Positions 28,092 through 41,047 of a stretch of DNA of 64,000 nt are shown here, in pieces. A program made the position numbers and the translations under genes. Every line of letters starts with the position of its first letter. Positions within the stretch are counted from its first letter, which is position 1. The notes under the pieces were generated by a model. It had not been told where the DNA came from and searched no databases. It was given only the letters and a program-made list of their open reading frames with translations. The stretch covers positions 132,432,001 through 132,496,000 of the forward strand of contig OX597816.1 of assembly GCA_951406725.2 (NCBI GenBank). The letters are read 5' to 3'. The DNA comes from Octopus vulgaris. Its lineage: Eukaryota.

Positions 28092-28179
28092 AAATCCTGA
28101 AAGACTTGATAAAAAACTGCCACTTTCAAAGGTCACGTGCAAATGATGTTATTATAAAGCAAGGAGATATAGGTGACGC
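28092..28179 (+). CDS. Coding exon 2 (start of CNB domain A)
   Basis: Acceptor tttttgtttAG. Reads (E)ILKDLIKNCHFQRSRANDVIIKQGDIGD+GC, containing the cNMP motif 'VIIKQGDxGD'. Donor GTAAGT at 28180, phase 1 to 2. Confidence 0.93.
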
Positions 28180-28419
28180 GTAAGTAACTTCTGATTTATA
28201 TGACACATCCTGTGAGGAGTCGGCGTGGGTGAAGTACGGTCTGCGGGACTTTCTGAATGGCAAGCCTAACGAAAAATTAACTTGAAATTTTTTAGTAGTG
28301 GGATCCACCAGATGATGAGTCATGTTTCTTGTGACCCTCCTCTTGAAAAAGGCTACCCATGTCTGATCAACGTGATCGCTCGAACTACTAGAAATACCAC
28401 CAAATTTCCTTTAAATCAA

Positions 28420-28790
28420 ACTGTACCATCTTTAAAAAAAAAAGTTAAAGGGGCACGCTAAGCAACGTAGTCCAAGATATACTAGATTACGGGATGGTCA
28501 CGACAGAAGCATCTTTGATGGCTGAGAGTCTCTTCGCTCGGTCCTGATCTAAAATTAACTTGCAGAACAGTAGTAACATAAGTGAGAAGATAAACTCTAA
28601 AAAAAAAAAAAAATCATATACTTTGTTGTAACATTAAATCGACCCTGTCTTCTCACATGTTGCTACTCTTGTTAAATTTTAGGTCAGGGCCGAGCGAAAA
28701 GACTCTCAGCCATTAATGATACTTCACTCGTGACCCTCCCGTAATCTAGTATATCTTTTTTTTTTAAAGATGATACAGTCGAGTAGCTCT
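28420..28790. repeat. Inverted pair of a dispersed repeat just downstream of exon 2
   Basis: 28474-28560 (agatatactagattacggga...ggctgagagtctcttcgctcgg) is complementary to 28671-28757. Confidence 0.8.
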
Positions 28791-29199
28791 ACGATCAAAG
28801 ATGTTACGGCCGTGGCTGTCACGTGTGTATATATATCAAAGACTATATTATCCAATGCGTTTTTCTATAAGACTCTAGGTGGTAACCTGAAGAATATATT
28901 TGCTACTATTTCTAGTACTTCAATCTGCTGCATACAGGCTCACTTTCTCAGTGATTACCTCTGCTATATTTATATCATTCTGTGGGGTGTTTTTATGACT
29001 GGATTTAATCCATTATTACAAGTATCAAGTACCACAAACAAATTGTTTTACCGTAATTATTTACAATATTTCACCTCCGTACTGGAAATCTCACCACGTT
29101 TTACTTTCATCCTTATGAGCTCGACAAAAAAGAGTTCTAATCAAATACTTGACTCGATTTAATCGATCACATTATTCCCATAAAATCTGTGTTCCTGTG

Positions 29200-29374
29200 T
29201 TTGTTGTATCTCGGGAGGGTCATTGTGCTAATAATAAACACACGCACTGGTTCAATTACGCTTCTTTATTATTATTAGTTAATTGGTTAGCTATTTAACC
29301 GACAATCTAATCTACTATTTGATTAATAATTCGCTTAATCAATCAACTAGTTGTTTTCAGACCTGAAACTGGAG

Positions 29375-29446
<72 letters not shown>

Positions 29447-29648
29447 ATGCCTTTGAAGGGGTCATGAATAGCCAAGAAAGAACATTGGCAAACACAACTG
29501 ATTGATTGGTTAACCGAATAATTAATCAAACAATCAATTAGTTAGTTGGTTAGATAGCTAACCAATTGGCTAGTAATAATAAAAAAGAGAAATCGGGCCA
29601 GTACGTGTGTTTATTGTAGGCGTAACATCCCTCCCGAGATACAACAAA
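29200..29648. mobile_element. MITE with long TIRs and an internal (AG)n
   Basis: Runs ttgttgtatctcgggaggg...ccctcccgagatacaacaa. Partial copies lie at 31500-31730 and 49220-49908, the latter split by a SINE. Confidence 0.8.
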
Positions 29649-29849
29649 ATCTGTTTCAACACACAGGCTCACATTAAGAATCTTGCAAACAAAATACCAA
29701 AAAGAAATATTATAAGCTCTTGACTCGTACTCTCTTATTTTATTTTACTTTTTACTCCAAAAGGATAAAAGACAACGCAAAAATGTAAAACCTGATAAAA
29801 TAAAGGGATGTAAATAAATAAGTCTTATTCAGGGCTGAATAGTGGTTTA

Positions 29850-30313
29850 CTATATCACTCTACAGTACAGATGCAAAGCCACTGGAGAAACGAATAAAAG
29901 ATATCTTGAAACGTAATCAGAGAAGCATCAGCTTTTGGATGGTGCCAATCTAATGATGACTCTGTTCAGACGGCTGTAATAAGTCATTCGATAAAGAAAT
30001 ACAGTACAATGAATTCATAGAACAAGGGTGTAACTTTAAATACCTTTACTCTCGGTCTCAAATATATACAAGTTGAATGATAATGGAAAGAGTTCATAAG
30101 TGAAGAGCCGTGTTCATTTTCTGTGTACTACCTCATGTCTGCTAGCTGTCTGCGTGTATACGAGAGCAAGCTAGGTCATGTCTTTACGCTCAGGCATCTC
30201 GATGCGAAAGAGTAAGTGGGAGGGCTTCGTGTCCGAACCTTAGCGCTGCTTGCGCCATCTAGTGGAGAGCTATTTTAAACAGCCGCCGTCAATGGATGTA
30301 ACTGCGCCTACAA
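29850..30313 (-). mobile_element. LTR-like repeat
   Basis: Collinear similarity with 32459-32874. Both end in 'gtaactgcgcctaca', which reads TGTAGG on the minus strand. Confidence 0.6.
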
Positions 30314-30404
30314 GCTCAAATGACTGGCTCAACTGGAAGGGAGAAAAATGATCAAATCAGAAGGATTTACGAAGAAAATACAGACACACACACAAATGCA
30401 CACG

Positions 30405-30473
<69 letters not shown>

Positions 30474-31794
30474 GCGCACACACAAACACACGTACTCGCT
30501 CACTCACATACAAACACACACATGAGCATATACATATATATGTATATCTAAAGTAGACGCAACTGAGGCAGTATTTATTAAAATTGTCATCTATCTATCA
30601 TACTTATTGATCAGTGTCGCCCTCTACCGGACTACTTGACGTGTTTCTGGCTCCTTAGCCTTTCTCAATAGCAAATACCGAAGCGACTGGCTTACGCTCA
30701 CACACCGCCCGATCAGCGCTGCTGCTACCACTGCTATTATTACAAGATATATATAGGTCGGTTGAAGAGGATCAAGACTCTCACTTGCATTGCTTTCAGC
30801 ATGTATATACAGCGGCCATAGTATTGAGAACAAATGTACAATTTTGTGTATCTCTTTAGTAATGCATTCATCATTACTTCGGTAAGCACGATGAGTCGAT
30901 GCTTCACTGACGAAACTAGAATAACACCGAAACATGTCCACAGTTGCCTCACTTTACTTGTCGGACGAAAATGAAATTAATATTGAGGACTGTGTTTCTC
31001 TCTCTTTCTCCCCCTCTCTCTTTCTCTCTTACTTCGCTGCATATTACTTCTAGTTAATCTTTACTGTCATATGAGTTAAATATATGAACTCTATGTAAGA
31101 GACTGTTTCTTGGACTCTTAGTCAAGAATCGAAGTCTTAATTTAGATTTTCCTACGTGATTTTTTTTGTTTCAGCGTTAGTACTTGGAAATAGATGAGGC
31201 CGCCTGTTAAACTTATCTTGGTTCCTTTGTTTGAGTTAGAACCCTACGGTCATTTGGAGGTTATAATAGATAAGACATATATATTCCTTTTGGTCTCGAT
31301 CATACATTCAGTTTTACCCATAGGTACAAATAGGAACTATGAGAGAACATTAGTGGTCAATTTTCCTACGCTTCAACACGTTGTGCCTCTTTCGCTTTTT
31401 AGCAAGCAGTTTTCACTAAGAGACATACATCTATGGGTGCGCGAGTATCATTCTTGTCATTCTGATTGTACTACTGTACTGCCAACTACTACTAAAGCCT
31501 TGTCTCGGGAGGATCATTATACAAATAATAAACACACACACTAGTTCAATTACACTTCTTTATTATCATTAGTTAATTGGTTAGTTATTTAACCAATAAT
31601 CTAATCTATTGTTTGATTAATCATTCGATTAATCAATCAATCAGTTGTATTCAGACCTGAATCTGACCTGGATAAGAGAGGGAGAGCGCATGTCATTGAA
31701 GAGGTTGCGAATGGCGTGCAAATAAATTGTGTAAGCAATATTTTTCGTTTTCATGTTGATTATTACTCTGTCTGACAGAGTTTGAACAATTTAA

Positions 31795-32874
31795 TTGTAA
31801 CTTAACCTGTTACATTTGGTGAGCCCGGACTAAAGAACCACAACTTTTGTTACACCTGTTTTACTAATTCAAATCAAAGCTTAGTTCTTAAAAAGCTAAG
31901 GAATGACCAAATTCATGGAGAATACAACAAAATTATCAAACAGCTAATGAGTTTGTTACAACTACTGTAACCAGGGTTCAAACTTTATTGTATTTTAGAT
32001 GATTGTGGTCTCACGTGATGAAACCATCTAATAACGACTCCGTTCAGAAAGCTGGAATAGAAGATGTCATTCGAAGGAAGAACATTATACAATTGTTATC
32101 CATAAGAATTTCGAATAACACTGGCCGTTAAATATAACTTCTTTTATGTGAAAAGAAGAAAAATTCTCCTGGGAAGCTGTGTCTTGGAAGAACAACGTTG
32201 TAATTTCAGCTGCAACACGAGGAAAAAGTGATGAGCAGTTCCCGCTTAAAAATGGTGCCAAAAATTTTGGAAGAGAAGACAATATTGCGGTTTAGCTGCG
32301 TAGACAAAGTCGAACAGGAGAAAAAAAGAATGCATGTATCCACGGATTCAGAAATTCGTCCAACATGGGTCACCAAGCTTAGAATGTGTACGAACATGGA
32401 GGGTTAGCAATTTATATGAATATTTCATTATGAAAATATTGCCACGCGGGGTCACCATTTTAGATGGTTGCGGTCTCACGTGGTGAAACCATCTAATAAC
32501 GACTCCGTTCAGAAAGCTGGAATAGACGATGTCATTCGAAGGAAGAACACTGTAAATGAATATTCACAGAACCAAGCTGTAGCTTTTAAATGCTTTTACT
32601 CCAGGTCACATATATGCACAAGTTGAATAAATCACAAAAGATATTTACAAGTGAAAGGCCATGTTCAGCTTCCGTGTAACCTATGTTATAGCTGCTTAAA
32701 GGTTATTAACTGTTGCGTGCCTCATGCAAGAGCTAAGGAAATCACGTCCTCGCACGCTGCTGGTCGCGGTGACAAGAGAGAGGATCAAGTCCCGGAACCT
32801 CAAAATTACATGCTGTTCCACCTAGTGGCGGGTTATTTAGACAGCTGCCGTCAGGAGAGGTAACTGCGCCTACA
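31795..32874. mobile_element. LTR-retrotransposon debris (BEL/Pao-like fragments, a ~90-bp direct repeat and an LTR-like copy)
   Basis: Peptides LKKLRNDQIHGEYNKIIKQL and MHVSTDSE. 31993-32084 is repeated at 32458-32549. Confidence 0.45.
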
Positions 32875-33149
32875 GTCTGATCAGCGTTCTAGTGGCACCC
32901 ATTTCTCTTTTGGAAACGATGTCCCAAATTAGATTATGAAAGACAACACTCATAACTTTGCTTAAGGCTTTCTAGGATAGAAAATTTTCTTCCAGGCTCC
33001 AGCCTGAATACTTGCAATATAGCGGATTCCGTCCAAAATACTCAATGGCCAAGTGTTGATGTTAAAGCGGCTAATATATTAAGTCTCTTATTGTATCTAC
33101 TGTTTACCCAAATGATTATTCACTTGCATTGTTTCCACCATGCATACAC

Positions 33150-34802
33150 TACGGTCGTAGTATCGACGGTAAAAAATACAGTTTTCTACAGTTACTTAGT
33201 AATTCATTCATAAGAGACAAAGACAACCCCGACAAAATAAAGGGACATAATTAAATATAATCTAGTGCAACTTGCATGCAGGATTTTGTGAGGATCAATT
33301 GAAGCTATTTTCTGCAGATCTTTGAATTCATTGATACGCTTAAGACTGTGACTAAAGTATGCATAAATACTTCTTGTCAATTCTTCGATAGAATTCGGTT
33401 ATACATTGCACGCGTTTGATGAACATAAGTGTAAAGAATGACAAACACAAGCTTACACAAAAAGATCTGGCCTGTTCTGCTTCAACAAGTGCTGAACGCC
33501 TCCTTTGCTTCCCATCGTAACATTTGTATTATCACAGGCGAAACCTATCAAATTTTCCAGAGGAATAGCGTGTCCGTTTAAAAATGATAAAAGACAGTTG
33601 TATATACCCGTAGCACTGCAATCCTGTATTTCTATAAGTGTAAGAAAATCATCGACTGTCTTTTGAATTTCAACGTTATTATATCTGGAAACCAGGACAA
33701 GTTGTTTTAGTGTTGAAACATCAGTTGTTTCATCAATAAAGAGTGAGAATTTTGATGAATGAAGGTTTTTTATTTAAATAAAGCGTTGAAGCTGTTTCTA
33801 GGGGGCCAATGGCTTTAAAAAAGATGTATGTGTCTTTCGTTCAGGCACACTTTGCATCCTGGCGATTTTGCAACAAGGCCAGGTAAGTGGTCCAAAATAG
33901 AAATTGGGAGATTATGCTCAGCAACAAATGCACAGTATTTTAATTCAGCAGCTGCTACTTTCTTGGAATGTGAAAAAAATGATGAGGCCTTGAAATAATT
34001 GGTCAACTTTTTTGCTTTATTTGCTTCATTGGCATTCTTGCGGCATTTTTCTGCCTGCTCATGTAAAATTTGGCTCTAACTACCGACAATTTCACACTTG
34101 CATAATATGCAATTGCCTTTAGCTGTATTGTTCTTGCCTCGCTCCAACCAACTAGAAAATTTTTCATAGCACAACAATTTTTGCGGAAGTTCCCTTTCAT
34201 ACGATGCCCATATAGCCTTCCTGGTGCTTCACGTTCATTATCTGAGGAATGTTCTGTTTTCAAAGTTCTATCACTCATATCTTGCTCTAGTTATAGTTCT
34301 GTAAGATGTATTTGAATTAATCAAATTATTAAAGACATTACAAACCGTTTAAAATACGGGTTAATACATCTATGTTTGTGTTCAGACTGATACGGCGGGA
34401 TTGTATAAATAAGCACTGTAAAATTGAGTCTAATTTATCAAACTTTTAAAAAAACAATCACGTACCTTCAGTCTGTGAGAAAACTTCTTGTGTTATGACA
34501 GCTATGGCGGGGTAAACAGAACGCATATACGTTCACCCAAAATTATAGACGCCCTTGACCTCAGTCAACGCGTGCGTGCATACATACGCGTTTGCGAAAG
34601 CAGGCTGGATGTAAATTTATTTTTATTAAGCTCACAAACACGCATATGTGAAAAATCAATCAATCAATGCGTCAAAACCTGAATGTTAAAAACCAATGGC
34701 AAGATCACTAAAACGTACAGCAAATTCGCCTGAACGTACAGCACATTGAAATTTTGGCCAAAAGTACAGTTTTGTACGAACGTACAGTTACTGGCAGCGC
34801 TG
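33150..34802 (-). mobile_element. hAT transposon remnant (BED finger and DDE fragments)
   Basis: Minus-strand peptides WLERGK...CILCKCE, AAAELKYCAFVAEHNLPISILDHL, IDETTDVSTLKQLVLV and IGFACDNTN. The terminus CAGCGCTGCCAGTAACTGTA carries subterminal GTACAG repeats. Confidence 0.85.
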
Positions 34803-35547
34803 CCTGGTACTATTAACTAGTAACTCACTATACCACTCTACAGTACTCGCACAGAGCCGTTGGGGAAACGAATCATTTTGAAACATCAAGAATGGAAGGG
34901 GACTTTTCAGTTTTCTTTTGTCAAATTTTGTTCAAAAGACATTGGTCAATTCGAAGCTGTAGTAACAGACGCTTACCCAAATACCGCGAAATGAAATCAA
35001 ACTCAAAAACATCGGCTTGCAAAGCGAACTTCTAAACTCCAGCCTTAAAATGAAATACATTAGCCTCATACAGTTAACCTTATCCATCAGTCGTTTTAAA
35101 GCCTGAACAAAGCTACGGTTACCCTCTCCGCTCCTAAGAATGACATTTAAGAAAGGAAAAAAAAAAAAAAAGAAAAAGAAAAATGAAACAAAAAAACCCA
35201 ATCTTCTCAAGTTACTTCTACAGCTTTTTTACAAGTCTGGACTGATCTTGATTTTTATATCTAAGTTCTAAGAATACTAATGAGAATTCTAGTCACATCC
35301 AGTGAACTAGAGGAGAAGTACATCAATCAGGTTATATTTCTTTATTCCTCAGTTAATGATTGTCTTGTTAAAATCATTTTCTCCGCCAAACCACTAAATC
35401 CTTCTCAATTACTTCCTACATGTAGAAAAAGTGTCAATGTTTTTTGTTAAAATTTTTTATGGTTTTATTTATCGATGTTATTTAAATTCGAGTAATTCAA
35501 TATTATGATGATTATTATTAATACCATTAATAATAATAATAATCCTT

Positions 35548-35940
35548 TCTACTATAGGCACGAGGCCTGAAATTTGGGGGAGCAAGATAGTCGACCACGT
35601 CGATCCCAGTACTTGACTGATAATTGATTTATCAACCCCGAAAGCATGAAAGGCAAAGTCGACCTCGGTGGAATTTGAACTCAGAACGTAGCGACGGACG
35701 AAATACCTATTTCTTTACTGCCTACAAGGGGCTACACACAGAGGGGACAAACAAGGACAGACAAACGGATTAAGTCGATTATATCGACCCCAGTGTGTAA
35801 CTGGTACTTATTTAATCGATCCCGAAAGGATGAAAGGCAAAGTCGACCTCGGTGGAATTTGAACTCAGAACGTAACGGCAGACGAAATACTGCTAAGCAT
35901 TTTGCCCGACGTGCTAACGTTTCTGCCAGCTCGCCGCCTT
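35548..35940 (-). mobile_element. Nested/tandem family B SINEs
   Basis: Two copies of 'gaaaggcaaagtcgacctcggtggaatttgaactcagaacgta'. Confidence 0.8.
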
Positions 35941-35961
35941 AAATGATAGTAATAATAATGA

Positions 35962-36687
35962 TTTTTTTTATTAACCACAAGGGTTTACAGTAAGAAAAAC
36001 ATCATGGACAGCACAGGACAAAACAAAGAATGTGTTTGTATGTATGTGTATGAGTGTTTGTTGTGAGAGTTTTGCTTGTAAACAAAACTAACAAAAGTTA
36101 AAAAAAGAAAAGGAGACATCAACAATGTGTAATCCTCAGTAGGGAGGAGACCTCGAGGGCTACTCAAGGAAAAACCCCATAAAAAAACCATGGGTACCCT
36201 GATTTGGGGGCAGGTGTCTTGGTTTTTCTTTCCTTTTTTCCAACTACAGGCGTATGCTTAGGGCAGGCCCGTTTATTCGCACCATTCTCGCCACTTTCAT
36301 CCACCTTTCAGCAAACTGGTTAGAAGACAACACTTCCCTCTCTACCGTTATTTTCCTTTTCAAGTGAAACTTGAAGAAATTCATCAGGGATTGGCCAAAG
36401 GGAAAAGTGTTTGTCTTCAGCCCCTTCAATCTCGTCCACCATACAATCTCTTTCGCCATGGCCACCGGGCATATAAAAACAGCCTTTCCTTCCCGGTTAA
36501 AGTAAGGCAGCGGGGCGATCTTCACGATGGATTCAGTTGACAGCTGGATCTGTCCCACACGCGACAGCAGGTGTTCGACATAAATCTTCAGGTTAGCAAT
36601 GTTCGGGCACTGGAAGAGTGCATGCAGAATCGTTTCGTCATCCTGCGCCCATCTCAGACATGCTCAGCTGACGATACTTCCGTGTCT
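35962..36687 (-). mobile_element. Second copy of the Tx1/L1-like LINE 3' region
   Basis: ORF 36244-36558 (QLSTESIVKIAPLPYFNREGKAVFICPVAMAKEIVWWTR) is homologous to 10399-11016. Confidence 0.85.
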
Positions 36688-36703
36688 AATTATATTATTA
36701 TTA

Positions 36704-36786
<83 letters not shown>

Positions 36787-36789
36787 AAC

Positions 36790-37365
36790 AACATCAACAA
36801 TGCCCTCATGCAGTACCAGACAATGGCTCTCATGGCTTCTGATCTTAGCAGATTGGAAGTGTTATCATTTACATGTTTTGTCTTGATATAAAAAGATGGG
36901 CTACAGCAAATATTCTGTTCGATAACACAGAGTTACTTGTCAGTCGCTGGTCCTCAACCAGTTGAGCATGTCCCTTGGTGACTGACAATATGTGCATCTC
37001 TGATCACGAGCAGGAGCAGTGGGGGAACATTATAGCCATGTGTTGAGAGGAATTCTTTGGGGTTTGAATTATTCACTCCTTGAAACACGAGTGTTTCGTT
37101 CATAATCCTTAAATAACCCTCATTCAGGGACCTTTAGAGTGGATTAGGCTACTCAATACGAAGAAAGTTTTAACTGGACTCCAGCTGCAAGGTCACGCGC
37201 TATTTATCTTGATATAAGATCACTATGTCGAGCATATATGGTTGTGATGCATATGCATCATGGCTGCCTGTCTTATCAGCTGGGTAGCCATGATGGGTAT
37301 ATTGGGCTTCGTATATTTGTACCCCTGTGTTATTTTGATGGCATGGATTGCTCTCTCACTCAATT
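36790..37365 (-). mobile_element. Dispersed retroposon-like repeat
   Basis: 36905-37070 closely matches 53097-53265. It abuts (ATT)n. Confidence 0.55.
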
Positions 37366-38149
37366 GTAATGATACTCACCATTTTGAAGAGTGGCGTTTG
37401 GTAGTGATCGATATAAAACTCAACGCTATATCAACTGCTTAAAAATTCAACATAACAGAGGTAGTAAAAAAAGCAATTTTATGCTCTATCTTCCTTCTGA
37501 TCCCACCTCCCTGTCTCCCCACTTAACGTCTATTATTTGTTTTCTTACATACACATACGACTTTTGATTTACAGAAGAGAGGAATTGGTATAGGTTACGA
37601 TGTTCATGGTTTTCTTAAAGTTATTATTTTGTCAAGATTATTTCTTTATTACAAGTCTAACATCAACGACTAAGAATCAAAACGTATCCACGGAGTAAAT
37701 CCACAAGAAATACTTATTTCCTCTGTGTTATAGCCCTATCTGTTCTATGCAGTCTTAAAGCATGGGCACACTGGGAAGTTTCCCGGGGGCCTCATGGGTC
37801 TAGGAATCCAGTTCTGATTTATGTATGCTATTGTTTGCTGTCAATAAATAAATACTATGGTGTCCGTTGCATTGTGATTTTCCCGCCACCCGCACTCCCA
37901 CGTGGAGGGCGCTATAATGCTGCTGAGACGACTCTAGTTTTAATTAATGTTAATCACTTTAATAGTGAGAAGGCATGAGGATACTTTTGCTTGCAAGTTA
38001 GGAAGAATTATGTAATGGAATGTCAAAGTGAATGAAATAAAGTGAACGGATAACATTAGAAAGGAATTTGATTGCCGTTAAAAATACCATTTGACATTTT
38101 AATTTAAGAGATTCTGAATGGAGAGCAACTATCCTGAAATTAATTTGTT

Positions 38150-39133
38150 TGGTTTGATACCATTCCATCATAAATATAAGGCCTTAGCATATGACCAAGA
38201 CATTCTTCAGGAATGAAAAAAGGCGCAACGTATGTAGTAGTTTCGTTATTGCTATAACACATGTACTTACGATGACACAAGGTTTGGATGCTCTGAAACT
38301 TTCACCACCGAGGAAAACATTGATTGTGTTCAGCATATGATGATAGATGGCAGATGATTGACAATAAATCAAATAGTCAAAGTTATTATATCCCGGGTGA
38401 GAGATGAGAATATTCTACATAACTAACTTGGCATGACGAAGGTTTCTGCTCAGTGGGTACCACGCCTTTTGACACCTGATTAAAAGCACACCAGGCTGAT
38501 TATATCACGGGAAAATCTGATATTGTTTCCGGCAGATCTAGCTGGTTTCCTTGAACCAGGATTAGTGACAATCCATGCAGTGGTAACATCCCCTCCTCAC
38601 TTGCTCCAAAAAAGCCAACATCGTTTCATCTGGAGGGAAGGCGACGACCTCTGTTATTGGAATGCAAAAGGCATTGTGTTACTTGACTATCTTAAAAAGG
38701 GTACATGTCATCTTGCTGAGGTAGTTACGAAAGGTTATCAAGACCAAACACCAGGACAATTGATGAAAGAGGTCTTGTTTCATCAGGACAATGTTCCAGC
38801 ACATAGATCCTTGTTTTCAATGGTTGCTGTGCGTGACTGTAGCTTTGAACTGGTTGATCATTGTCTCTATACTCCTGATTTGGCCCCCAACTGACTATCA
38901 TCTGTTTCCCCGACATGAAGAAAAAAAAACCTACTTGGCCGGGAACCAGTATCACAGTGATCTCTGCCGTTGATGACTTTTTGAGCTACAGATGAAAGCC
39001 TCTCCACCAATGAGATCCAAACACTACAACAGCAGTGGAAAAATCGTGTGGACTATGATGAAAAATAAACCTCATTTGGTCACATTCTATGAGATTATCT
39101 TGGTTAGCCTATGAACTTTTCAATCGGCCGTCT
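38150..39133 (+). mobile_element. Degenerate mariner transposon
   Basis: WVPRLLT-like motif near 38455, plus LLDYLKKG, FHQDNVPAH and YTPDLAPxDYHLFP. A TIR-like end lies near 39105-39133. Confidence 0.85.
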
Positions 39134-40622
39134 TAAGTTTATCACTCCATCTTTGATACTGTATTCTATTTCCTGTCAGTTACTCGTCCTGAACTTAGTA
39201 ATCAAGCCACCTTCCAGCTTCAGAAGGCATCTCATCCATATACAACAATACGTTCTGATGAAAGTTATAAAGTTTACGATATGCTTATGACTGAACTTAA
39301 GGATTAGAAAATTTTCAATACTTTCCGAACGAATCAATTTGCAACAATTAGAACCACAATATGCTGTAAACTATGTATCATTATGTCTGTTAATTTTAAA
39401 GGCAATTCTTCCTAAAGCCTATTTTCATGAAAAATAATCCCCACTCGGCTGAAAATTTTTCTTCGCTAGTCTTGGACTGTGCGGGGTTGTGTCCTTACAG
39501 ATTGGCACTAATGTTCCTGCGGAAGTTTCCAAAATACTGAATTAGACAGTACTAGACTGTCTTTGTGTTTCTTTCTGAATTTGATCTCACTGCTTCCTCC
39601 TTAGACATTTGCTATTCCTGGGTGTAGCCGTATGGAGGGGAAGAATTACCCTTCTGTTGGGTGGACTAAGGCTTTTATTAGATTGCATGTTAAGGATCTT
39701 ACAGCAATGAAATGCACGTTTGTACCCGATTTTATTTTATATCAGAATTGCACAATACCAGACTAGCAACCGCAAATTACCTCGTTCTGCTCTTCTTCCT
39801 TTCACGAAAATGAAATTCCAAGAGTCTCAATAAAAATCTTGACAGATCTGAGGCAGATTTTCGTTCTCTGCAAGGTAGCTAAAATAAATATCTGTATTTG
39901 TCTGAGAAGAAACTGAGTTTCGTCACACATAGTATAAACTGCATAATAAAGCCATCATTTCTCTTTAGTATACCTTCATTTACCAATACACCAGAACAAA
40001 TAGGTCACCTATACAGGGTGTCCACGTTCCGATTCTTCAGCTGTTACGATGACGGTTACTGCTCTTCTCAACTATTAAGTACTACCTCCGCTGAAGCCTA
40101 TCTGCTGCTCTCGCTTTTCATTCACTTCCCTTCCCTACTGTCTCATTCCATGGCCCCATACTAAGTACTTTTCTCCAATCATTCTTTCCTAAGCTGCAAT
40201 CCTTCCCATGTTTTTCAGACAGACATAACTACTTTTTCCGTCTACAGCCAACACTAAAATGCTCACAGGTAAAAGAAGCATCGGAGATGCTTTGCCCTAA
40301 GCAGAAACTGCAGGAGTTACACAGGGGATTTTGCAAGCTCTATTTCTAAATCCATCGCAATGCTGGAAATTCTTCCGTATCATCAGCCGGTATCTCAAGA
40401 TCACAAGCGTTTCGACCTTTATCAAATATAGACAGAAAAATGCTATTGGGTGATAAGCAGACAAATAGATATACAAATATAAAACACCACAAACACACAA
40501 AGATATATATTTGTATACATGCATACACACACACATACATACATACATACATACATACATACATACATACATACATACATACATACATACATACATACAT
40601 ACATACATACATAAATGTATGT

Positions 40623-40898
40623 ATATTTTTTCAATGTGTACAATTAACAAGGAAAAAATAAATAGTTACCAGGGTAGCAAAAATTCACATAAGTGCCAAG
40701 GATATTACTTCCTACTTATAAAGGTAGAAATTCCAGGATTAAGTGAAATGTTTTTGTATAACATGGGTAACTTAAGAAATGGAGTCAAACGCAGATGTTA
40801 TTCAAATCATTTATACTTCCATTATTCAAATCATTTATACTATCATTTACACTTATGATTTGAATAACACCTACGTCTGACTCCATTTCTTAATTTAT

Positions 40899-40901
<3 letters not shown>
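40623..40901. mobile_element. Internally deleted copy of the 51437-52250 fold-back element
   Basis: 40623-40820 aligns with 51437-51635. 40770-40810 is complementary to 40856-40893, and the element ends in (TA)n. Confidence 0.8.
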
Positions 40902-40959
<58 letters not shown>

Positions 40960-41047
40960 GGTATGTAGAAAAATACAACATGGACAAGAACGTATAACTC
41001 TTAGAAGACGGATATATATATATATGTGTGTGTGTATATATATATAC

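Noticed and set aside
40330-40395. Minus-strand CTGATGA...GAAAT as a hammerhead
   Set aside because: No stem I or II pairing and no correctly placed NUH triplet.
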